DNA of 64,000 nucleotides from assembly GCF_006345805.1 (NCBI RefSeq), contig NC_043000.1:27032001-27096000 (forward strand). The letters are read 5' to 3'. The stretch comes from Octopus sinensis (lineage: Eukaryota). Shown piece by piece: positions 54,073 through 64,000 of this stretch; the first letter of the stretch is position 1, and the number at the start of each line of letters is the position of its first letter. Under the pieces are notes generated by a model, which saw only the letters and a program-made list of their open reading frames with translations, was not told the DNA's origin and ran no database searches. The translations under genes were made by a program, and so were the position numbers.

Positions 54073-54599
54073 TTCATATGTAAATATATATATATATATA
54101 TATATTTACATATGAATATATGTATGTATATTGTGTATGCATGTATACACACACACACATTTATATATCGAAATTAATAGTGACTGCTTTTCTCTGCGTC
54201 AATCTTCTTTTAAAACGTCTAATCGTCTCGATTAATCCCATTGTCGAACATCTAGAAAAGGACATTTTGACAGAGTTAGTTTCAGAAATACTTTTTCTGA
54301 ATCAATTTATATCAGCAGTTATTATTATGATATGAGACATCAATCTCGTAGTCTAAAGAGGTGATCACAGTGTCCAAAGTTATACTCACTAAGCTTAAAA
54401 ATAAAGATCTCGCGCAGACAAATTTCTTCGTCCTAAGGGCAGGACATGTTGCTATTCATATTACTTTTTCAAGTTATCGTTCATCTGTTAAAATAGAATT
54501 TGACATTCGTCAACCGGACTTGGAGATTACCCCTCTACACGCGCTAACAATCAGTCCACACGAAGTTGTTTCTAATATTCTTTCTACTACTGACACAAG

Positions 54600-54807
54600 G
54601 CCTGGATTTTGTGGGGAAGCGGGACACTCGACCACATCGGCCCCAGTACTCAACTGGTACTTAAATCATCGACTCGAAATGGTAAAGTACAAAGTCGACC
54701 AGGGCGGAATTTGAACTGAGAATGCTGGGGCAGACGAAATACTGCTAAGCATTTCGTCCGGCGTGCTAACACTTCTACCAGCTCACCGCCTTGAGAGTTA
54801 CTTTATA
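54600..54807 (-). mobile_element. SINE S1, diverged
   Basis: Reverse complement GGCGGTGAGCTGGTAGAAGTGTTAGCACGCCGGACGAAATGCTTAGC...CAGTTCAAATTCCGCC. Confidence 0.75.
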
Positions 54808-54854
54808 TATATATATATATATATCTATAATATATATAATATATATAATATATA

Positions 54855-54961
<107 letters not shown>

Positions 54962-54980
54962 ATATATATATATATATATA

Positions 54981-55021
<41 letters not shown>

Positions 55022-55029
55022 TATATATA

Positions 55030-55114
<85 letters not shown>

Positions 55115-55203
55115 TATATATATATATATGTATATAAAGTAACTCTCAAGGCGGTGAGCTGGTAGAAGTGTAAGCACGCCGGACGAAAACCGTAACAGAC
55201 AAT

Positions 55204-56610
55204 TTGGTTAAAAACATCTCTCTAAGGTTGTCTAACTTGTCCGCCAGTGCAGATATTTTTATGCAGAGAGCGGAATTTTATAACGCCGCACTATCCAAGG
55301 CCGGTTATAGGCAGAAGGTAATTTATATTGATCCGGCCCTTCCGATGCCATCATTCGGTCATCAGGATAGGGCCGTCTATAATAACATAAATAATTTAAG
55401 TAGTGACGGGAGCGCGGCGGGTGCCGGGGCAGGCACTTCCGCATTTAATTTAGCGAACAAGGATAATTATCGGTCCGGGGGGGTTCACACTAACCCAAAA
55501 CCCGTTATTCATCCGAGAATCACCCACCCTAATGCGAGAGCTGGCTTCCCGACCCATCACATAAATAGGAATAAGCATATATGGTTTGTAATTCCCTTTG
55601 GTAAGCAGATTAGAACTAACCTCCCCCTCCTGTTTCGACAAGCCATCGCCAATAACTTCCCCAGAAATTCCAAATATTACTCCACGGTTAACTCGCATAA
55701 AGTTAGGATAGCTTTCTCCAACACTAAAAACCTCACCCAGATAATTGCCTCCCATAATAATAGGCTGCTTATTAAGACCCTATCACCTTTGTCCGGAGGC
55801 ACGGCTTCGTCCGCTCCCGGTTTAACGCTCAGTAGGAATAATAATAGTAGTAATAATGATATGAGAGCCAGTACAGTGACTGATAATCTCAGCTCCAACC
55901 AGGGATTATATACTAGGCGTATAGATATAAATAAGGGTGATGTCATTAACGATAACAATGGCAGTAGTGAGGTGAGCGCAACTCGGCTCATTAGGGTAGA
56001 GAGTCCCAATAGCAACTCCGGCATCGTTTCCGGCAATAGCAGTACCACGGACACTAGCAATTACAGCTCTCTGAGTGACAGTGAAGACTCAGGGGTTATT
56101 CCGTTAGTTAATAGTGACTTAGTGGAAAATAAAGTAGTAAGCGGTTGCAGTTCTCGCAATCAATATAGTAACAGTAACGCAGTTCTAATTTCAGTAACTA
56201 ATCCTAATAGAATAAGGTTCATGTCGGGGAACTCCAAGACCAGAAATGCCGTTTACCAATGCAAGGTTTACACGGACTCAAATGTCTATTCATATGTCGG
56301 GGCCTCATCGTCAAAATTGGCCTTACGAATCTCCAACCATTACGCAACTTTTCGCGACGTGAATAAAAACCAAGCCACGGGACTTAGCAAGCTAATATGG
56401 CGATTGAAGAATACGAACTCAAGCTACAGGCTGGAATGGTCAATTTTGTCGGTGGCCCTCCCATTTGATAGGGGCAGAAGGAAGTGCAACCTTTGTGTCT
56501 CTGAGCTTTTCCATATATTGTTCGCCAGAGACCGGATGGTAAACGGACTTTTACAGTCGGCTTGTCGATGCCCCCATTGGCGGCGTTATACTTATCTTGC
56601 TTATAAATGA
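55204..56610 (+). CDS. PLE ORF C-terminal portion (RT thumb, Ser/Asn-rich spacer, GIY-YIG endonuclease); no true start codon
   Basis: 468 uninterrupted codons. [12 protein letters not shown]...Y..AL.KAGY (thumb); AVYQCKV...YVGAS...[37 protein letters not shown] (GIY-YIG with Cys/His ligands). Confidence 0.85.
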   Translation: MVKNISLRLSNLSASADIFMQRAEFYNAALSKAGYRQKVIYIDPALPMPSFGHQDRAVYNNINNLSSDGSAAGAGAGTSAFNLANKDNYRSGGVHTNPKPVIHPRITHPNARAGFPTHHINRNKHIWFVIPFGKQIRTNLPLLFRQAIANNFPRNSKYYSTVNSHKVRIAFSNTKNLTQIIASHNNRLLIKTLSPLSGGTASSAPGLTLSRNNNSSNNDMRASTVTDNLSSNQGLYTRRIDINKGDVINDNNGSSEVSATRLIRVESPNSNSGIVSGNSSTTDTSNYSSLSDSEDSGVIPLVNSDLVENKVVSGCSSRNQYSNSNAVLISVTNPNRIRFMSGNSKTRNAVYQCKVYTDSNVYSYVGASSSKLALRISNHYATFRDVNKNQATGLSKLIWRLKNTNSSYRLEWSILSVALPFDRGRRKCNLCVSELFHILFARDRMVNGLLQSACRCPHWRRYTYLAYK

Positions 56611-56785
56611 CGCTTATAAATGATACCTTCACCCGGTTACTCTACTTATATGAAAATAGCCCTTGGAAATAATTTTTTGAAATAGCTTTTTAAGAGAGAT
56701 ATGATTAACCCATGCAAGGGGAATTACTCCCATTAGGCGAATGGTGTTTTGTTTTGACGACGTGAGGTTTGTTTTGACAAAGCAT

Positions 56786-56985
56786 GATTAGACGAACACA
56801 CGAACACATAAAATATTTTCTGCCGCCTGACGGATTTTTCAGCAGTGACCATTGTGTAGCGCTTTTTACCAACTTACGGCCGCGCGATTAAACGAACACA
56901 CGAACACATAAAATATTTTCTGCCGCCTGACGGATTTTTCAGCAGTGACCATTGTGTAGCGCTTTTTACCAACTTACGGCCGCGC
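56786..56985 (+). repeat. 100-bp direct tandem duplication in the PLE 3' UTR
   Basis: 56786-56885 versus 56886-56985, one mismatch seen. Confidence 0.9.
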
Positions 56986-57284
56986 ACATATAGAACAGTT
57001 CACACACACATGTTTCTAAGTAGATTTTGTCTCGCCCCATATAATACACCTAATATTCTTAAAATAGTCAAAACCTTAGTCTCGGTCACAAAGAACATCT
57101 ACGCACCCCGTGCTTTCACCCACCGGATTGACCGCTGCCTGACCTGTAGATATCTTCAACGCACCCACCACCCGTTCTCAACTTACATTGATAAACAGTT
57201 TGGCCATGGGCTCTTAGGAGCCTCCTCGTTCGATTTGTTTTGCTGCGCCTCTGTTCTGTTTTTGTTCTGCCAACGGAATTCCTA

Positions 57285-57370
57285 TTTCTTCCTGAAGAGA
57301 AAGACACAATATGGTCTCCTTATTCAATCGGAATTTGGTAAATTGTGGCTTTCGAAACACGTGTAGAATG
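57285..57370 (+). ncRNA. Type I hammerhead ribozyme (family A)
   Basis: CUGAAGA at 57292-57298; stem II GAAAG-a-CACAAU/AUUGUG-g-CUUUC; GAAA at 57354-57357; ACACGUGU; GUA cut after 57365; stem I UUC/GAA. Confidence 0.82.
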
Positions 57371-57425
57371 CAATAAAAGGATTTCTGTTCAATCTTCGTT
57401 CAACTCCATTTCTTCAATTCACTAA

Positions 57426-57474
<49 letters not shown>

Positions 57475-57475
57475 T

Positions 57476-57530
<55 letters not shown>

Positions 57531-57570
57531 ATGTTTGTATATATTATATATTATATATATATATATATAT

Positions 57571-57821
57571 TACATTATATATAAGGGCTTAGTAAAATAG
57601 TTTGGCCATGGGCTCTTAGGAGCCTCCTCGTTCGATTTGTTTTGCTGCGCCTCTGTTCTGTTTTTGTTCTGCCAACGGAATTCATCTTTCTTCCTGAAGA
57701 GAAAGACACAATATGGTCTCCTTATTCAATCGGAATTTGGTAAATTGTGGCTTTCGAAACATACTGAATACTTGGTGAAATTGATTAATAATTAATTAAT
57801 TGTACCCTCAATTGTTGAAAT

Positions 57822-57825
<4 letters not shown>
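57571..57825. mobile_element. Chimeric fragment: family B end (inverted) + family A HHR region + family B segment
   Basis: 57571-57598 matches the unit start at 7879. 57599-57761 repeats 57198-57359. 57761-57825 is the reverse complement of 8338-8402. Confidence 0.8.
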
Positions 57826-57858
<33 letters not shown>

Positions 57859-60431
57859 GTAAGTATATATATATGTATGTATATATATATATATTTCATA
57901 TTTCATATTCATAATTTCATATTCTTGTAATTTTAAATAATCTGAAATCTTCATTTCTTGTGAAGATATTCCTTCATCAACAGTCATTTCTTTAAGTTTT
58001 TGTTATTTTTTTCCTCTTCAGTCTACCCGATTGTGTCTACTCATGTCGAAGACAAATGATTCATGTCTTTCGGAAGACCTGAAAATCTTTTTGTTGATAT
58101 TTTGCCGTTTGACCCATACCACTGATACGGAAATTAGAAGTTTGAACGTTAGTTGGTGTCGTCTGGCAAATTATTCCTCAAATAAATCTGTTCACATTGA
58201 CACCTTACATTAGATGTAATCCTTGTGTATGAAACAAACTCAGTACCTCATTTAGGGCTCGTCGAATAGCCTGTACATTTTCTTTAAACGAAAATCATCA
58301 GAAATAAGCCTGAGAGAGAGCACATCTTTGCCCAGAGAGACTCTATTAACGAGTATTTAGTCGGAGGATTTGACTTGTTTAAAGAATACAATTATCTACA
58401 CGATCACTCTTGTTCCTCTAGTGGTCGACAAAATACGATAGAAACTCGAAGATTATCCACATCAGAATTTATCTCAGATAACACTGTATTCAAGAATAAC
58501 GAGTGTATTGAATGTATCGTGATCCTTGAATCGATAAGGCACCTACACAGGAACATGATCACACTAATAGACTACCTATGAATTTATGTCACATCGCTCT
58601 GTTCATATTTCAGTAACATTTGGAAAATACACAAAACGATTTTAAGACGTACTTCTAATGACGTATCCGTTTGTCCATTTCTTCATAATAATCTACGTAT
58701 GTGAACATGTTTGTGGAAGGAAGAAAATATTTTTATACTATATAACGACAATAGAAATGGTAGAATCTGCAAACGATTCTATAAATCTCGTGCTATAAAT
58801 TCCAATGCAAGCACATTACACACTGTTATCTCTGGTCAACAGACATCAGGCAACTTCAGGTCAAATAAAAATCTGCTTTAAACTGGCTTACATTTTGGTG
58901 TTTCCTTTCTTTATATGGGAAATATATCTAAAATCAACATTTCATTTCAGAATATACCTATCATGTATATGCACGTGGAACCTTTTCCATCACTGCCAAA
59001 TGACCATGCTTTTCCTTGGAACATTTATGGTAACTCCAAACTTTTATGGAATCAAATGTGGACTACTTTGTTTAATGAGGCTCGGCTCTATATTTCCGTA
59101 AACTGAGCTAAAGATATGATTGGTTTGCGTTTCTTCCTTTCGCAAGGATGAACAGTGAAGTCGACCCCTTTGTAATGCGAGATTTGTGTAACAGCCATTC
59201 CACAAGATACCCTATAAAAGAAAAGTTCGATAAGGCTTTCCAGCTTTTGTGTCGACCCGATTATCTCATATATTACATTATGTATTTGGTAAACTGACAA
59301 CCCTAATTTATTACATCGACCAAAATATATCGATGGAGTGAATTTTGTGTTTGCAAAAGGAATTAAATTAAAAGTTACCCTTGATATGAATTGTGTCCAA
59401 AATTGAGACGCAACAATCTAAAAATGTAGGTCCTCTACATACTTCTGTGGTTATCTTACATATGTATTTTTATATATCATATAGATATACATGTCATTAA
59501 CCATCTATGTAGAAAGAGAAAGATTTATGCGATCTACATACATATAGATAGGATGTTATCGATAAAAGTAATTGGAATCGTATCTCAATGGGATCAAAAA
59601 ACTTATGGATGCTCGAGGCTTCTATTGGTATTGTTAACATTATTGTTGTTGTGGCTTAGACCTAAATTAGTTCTGATTGATCAAATATAGGATCAAAGGA
59701 ATACCATTCTTATCTTGTATATTAAATAACTTAGTATCTCGTGTGCTTTCTCTATTTAAGAATGGTGGGGTGATTTTTAGGGAGATATTGTTGCAATATC
59801 TAACAAATCGAGCGACAAAGCAGAGCATGCATTTAAGGCTCATCGACTTCTAAATTTGTTTCGATTCAGTTAAAAAAGATCGTTTGAAATCGTAAAAATA
59901 ACATTTCCCAATAGCATTTGATCTGTTTAATCCCTTACGGTATATTATATTATATCATGCCATATCGTATCTTATCGTATACTATATTATGAGGCAGCAA
60001 GCCAGCAGAGTATTTAGCGCGTCAGCAAGAATTGTTTCTTCCTGAGTTCAAATCAACATTACGTTTCATTCTTACGAGTGCCATGACATGAAGCAGCAAC
60101 CAAGTATCGGAATCGATGTAATCGACTAATCGGTTCCACCTTACAAAGAATGCCGGCCTTGTGACAAACACTTGAAACCATTTATTATATTATATTGTAA
60201 TTTTATATATAATATATAATATTTTCCATATTATATAATTTTATATATAATATAATAATATATTATATTATAATATAATTTATTATATTATGTTATATAT
60301 ATTTCATATAAACTGCATATCAAATTTATATTAAAAGATTAACAATACACTTGTCCACACCACTTGACACGAACACGCGCACAAGTATATTTGTGCGTAT
60401 GATTCATAGATCTTTGCATATATATATATTT

Positions 60432-60474
<43 letters not shown>

Positions 60475-60505
60475 ATATATATAGATATATATATATATAT
60501 ATTAT

Positions 60506-60546
<41 letters not shown>

Positions 60547-60547
<1 letters not shown>

Positions 60548-60786
60548 TTATAACTTATAAACAAGGGCAAAAGAAAATTATTTCCATACCAATATGCTGA
60601 TAACAGACTTTTAAATGGTCAATTTCCACATATCATTATATACCCACTACAGAAATATGTTGTGCTGAAATCGGGAAGCTAGTCAACAGAACTTTTTTAC
60701 AAAGTTCGTTAATCCTATATTGAATCTATTTCGGAATTAATCTCATAGATCCATATCTATATCTACATATATATATATATATATAG

Positions 60787-60856
<70 letters not shown>

Positions 60857-61070
60857 ACTTATAAACAAGGGCAAAAGAAAATTATTTCCATACCAATATG
60901 CTGATAACAGACTTTTAAATGGTCAATTTCCACATATCATTATATACCCACTACAGAAATATGTTGTGCTGAAATCGGGAAGCTAGTCAACAGAACTTTT
61001 TTACAAAGTTCGTTAATCCTATATTGAATCTATTTCGGAATTAATCTCATAGATCCATATCTATATCTAC
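60547..61070 (+). repeat. 220-bp exact direct duplication separated by (AT)n
   Basis: 60547-60766 appears identical to 60851-61070 (period 304). Confidence 0.9.
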
Positions 61071-61101
<31 letters not shown>

Positions 61102-61277
61102 AATATATATATATATATATTATATATAGAGGGCATTAATTAATATGTTCTATAAATTAATATGTTCAATAAGAAATAATTATTTTCGAAATTTTTTCTC
61201 TTATGAGGTTTTTACGCTATCTACCTGACAATTTCTTGTTAAGTTTTCCTTATTAAGTAGTTGTCCTTAATTGCTAA

Positions 61278-61328
<51 letters not shown>

Positions 61329-61479
61329 TTGTATGTATGTATGTATGTATCGATAATTGTTTAAAATGAAAATATAAATACGATATGGCGAATGTCGAAG
61401 AAGAGTAGAGATATGTTCTTTTGCATGTCTTTAAATACCTTAATCATTGGCACTAAACAAAATCTTTGGGACACAACCT

Positions 61480-61800
61480 GTCCTCTCACATATGCAACCC
61501 CTTATCTGTTTCACTGAAACGTGCAATTATTTCTCTGGTATAATCGAGTGTTTAAAAAGTAAACGCCACTGTTAAAGAATTCGATATAAATCCAGCATGA
61601 TGGAGCTACTGATCATAACGCGTGCACCACGATTTTATTCCTGAGACGTGCTTTTGGAAACCGCATGATTGCTAGGAATTCATTACACAGTTGGCCTTCG
61701 TGCCATCCAGATTCAACTCTTTCACTTCTCAATTCTAGCGGTGGTACTAAAACTCGAATGTATGCATGTTTCAAGGAAAATATTTGTACAGAAATTCAAG
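61480..61800 (+). pseudogene. Tc1/mariner-superfamily transposase remnant (maT/rosa-like catalytic region)
   Basis: From 61593: QHDGATDHNACTTILFLRRAFGNRMIARNSLHSWPSCHPDST...KTRMY. This is a decayed match to QQDGATAH...F..R.I.R...WPPRSPDL...K..VY. Confidence 0.7.
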
Positions 61801-62815
61801 ATATTGCTAACCCAAGATATTGCTAAGCGTCATAAAGAATAAACTAAAAAGTGTACAGTTTGATGAAAAATTAAACGATGTCAATTGGATGATATATTTC
61901 CTATATAGCTAAATTGAATTTCCCTTTTCATTAATTTTTGCACGAATATCAACAAATATATTCAGAAGCCTAACTTACGAATCTAATACCACGCACTAAT
62001 TCACTATGTGCCGACCGTTCTTTCCAGAACGTGTAGCGCCAGGAGTTTTCGGCTTGCTCGTATCTGTCCTTTTCGTTGATTTACCAAAATTTATTTGCCA
62101 AAGTTCAAAAGGAACATCAATGTCATAAGTCTAATCAGCCTGGGAAGACCTGCGAAGGGCATTGCTGCTGCTCATTCCTTCACAACCGAAAATCCCAAAC
62201 AACAAAATGAAGAATAGAAATCAATCGACCATTGGGGAAATGACTTACGATAGACTTTGCAGCTTTATGTTCGCAACCCAATTCTCGCAAATTCTCTTTC
62301 TTTAATTCAATACTCCGTACTCCACAAAATAAAGTACCTAACAAGTACTGTGATCGTGAGTTGTCGCTTTGTCTTCCTTGTCTTTCATATTACATCCGGT
62401 CGGTTAAGAATTGTTCATATTTTCACTGAAGATACTAACTGGACACACGAAGCGTAATAAATGACTGCTGAGCTGTAGGTTACGAAACTTATAACTCTTA
62501 GGTCTGTGCAGAAAAGAGCTCAAAGACAGAAAATGCATTGCAGCCTAGATTTCTAGCAAAGAGAACTCGGAATGGAAAGGCACGATCTTGGTACAGTAGA
62601 AGAAGGACTAAGTACTAATACATACATACAAAAAATACCCTACTCTTGATGTTGAAATTCCAATGAAGGAATCTTGGATCTAGTTTAGAAACCGGTTCTT
62701 TCTCTATGGTAAGAAATTTTGAAATTTGAAATAAACTGACACAAACATGTGCGTACGTACTCATATTGATATAAAAATATGTACATATATTTAAATTTGC
62801 ATATATGTGTGTAAG

Positions 62816-62883
<68 letters not shown>

Positions 62884-62933
62884 GAAAGAGATAGATATAT
62901 GGATAGATGGATATATATATATATATATAATAT

Positions 62934-62977
<44 letters not shown>

Positions 62978-63540
62978 TAGATAGATAGATAGATAGATGA
63001 ATAGATGGAAAGATGGATAGATCGATAGATAGATGGATATAGGTACTGAGGAAGAGGATGGGAAAAAATTAATTGATAACTCAAAACAAGCATGCAACAC
63101 ACACCTACACACGCATACACAAACACATACATAATCATATATACATAAATATATATTCATCCATTTACATATCTTCATGCAGACACACACTTGAAATTCC
63201 TGCACATGAAAATACAAACACATGTCGATCATATACGCATATGACGCATATAAATATAGTTATATCTGCATATATTTCTCTCTCCTTTTCTTTCTCTCTC
63301 TCTCTCTCTCTTTCACTCATCAGCTTCATACATTATTGTATGTACTTTCACACATATATTTATAGGTTTGTTAACGCAATAAAACTGTAATGCTAATATG
63401 AACCAGCGCGTGCGTATATGCACATATACACTCAGTCACACATGCATACATATATCAATAGTCCTTTAAAATATAAATAAATGGCTTTAGAATGTAAATT
63501 AGAATTTGATGAAAGTTTTTCTCCCACTACATTTCATTCA

Positions 63541-63541
63541 T

Positions 63542-63578
<37 letters not shown>

Positions 63579-63619
63579 TATTATTATTATTATTATTATC
63601 ATTCTCATTATTATTATTA

Positions 63620-63652
<33 letters not shown>

Positions 63653-63714
63653 CATTACCATTATTATTATTATTATTATTATCATTATCATCATTATTAT
63701 TATTATTATTATTA

Positions 63715-63750
<36 letters not shown>

Positions 63751-63869
63751 TATTATTATTGTTATTATTATTATTATTATATTATTACCATTATTATTAT
63801 GTTATTATTATTATTATTATATTATTATTATTACTACTATTATTATTATTATTATTATTATTATCATCA

Positions 63870-63917
<48 letters not shown>

Positions 63918-63950
63918 TATTATTATTGTTGTTGTTGTTGCTGTTATTAT
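63541..63950. repeat. (ATT)n microsatellite with (ATC)/(GTT) variants
   Basis: Read directly from the sequence. Confidence 0.95.
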
Positions 63951-64000
63951 TTCTAATCTGGAATTGCCTGAATATGCAAATCAGTGCCATTAGCAGTGTC

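Larger units (their letters stand above)
55189..57428 (+). mobile_element. 5'-truncated Penelope-like element, family A
   Basis: An ORF running from the RT thumb to GIY-YIG, then a 3' UTR/pseudo-LTR with a 100-bp tandem duplication and an HHR, ending in (AT)n. Confidence 0.9.

Noticed and set aside
61990-62250. Short open frames with splice-like boundaries on both strands
   Set aside because: No consistent exon structure or recognisable protein.
63481-63993. 170-aa poly-I/L/Y ORF
   Set aside because: It is an (ATT)n repeat.

Overview
This is an AT-rich eukaryotic intergenic or intronic window, saturated with (AT)n, (GT)n, (TATC)n and (AAT)n microsatellites. The repeat content suggests a cephalopod (octopus-like) genome; this is an inference. 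I can support no intact host protein-coding gene, only weak candidate exons. One apparently intact tRNA-Ser(AGA) gene lies at 10107-10188 (-). The rest is a retroelement landscape: a near full-length but disrupted Tx1/L1-clade LINE (39.3-44.1 kb) plus a truncated relative (45.9-46.7 kb), several Penelope-like element (PLE) fragments with RT/GIY-YIG motifs, CR1/L2-type and Hero/NeSL-type LINE remnants, two Tc1/mariner remnants, MITE-like hairpins, and at least four tRNA-headed SINE families (labelled S1-S4 here). The most striking signal is a set of type I hammerhead ribozyme (HHR) motifs from three unrelated repeat families. Family A sits in the 3' pseudo-LTR of a PLE (23.2 and 57.3 kb). Family B sits in a non-coding ~557-bp tandem dimer (7.9-8.8 kb, retrozyme-like). 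Family C sits downstream of a tRNA-like Pol III head (52.2-52.6 kb), a candidate ribozyme-bearing SINE. Also notable: the Tx1 LINEs appear to target (TATC)n/(TGTC)n, and SINE S1 shares its 3' stem-loop plus AATAAA end with them. All alignments and folds were done by eye.
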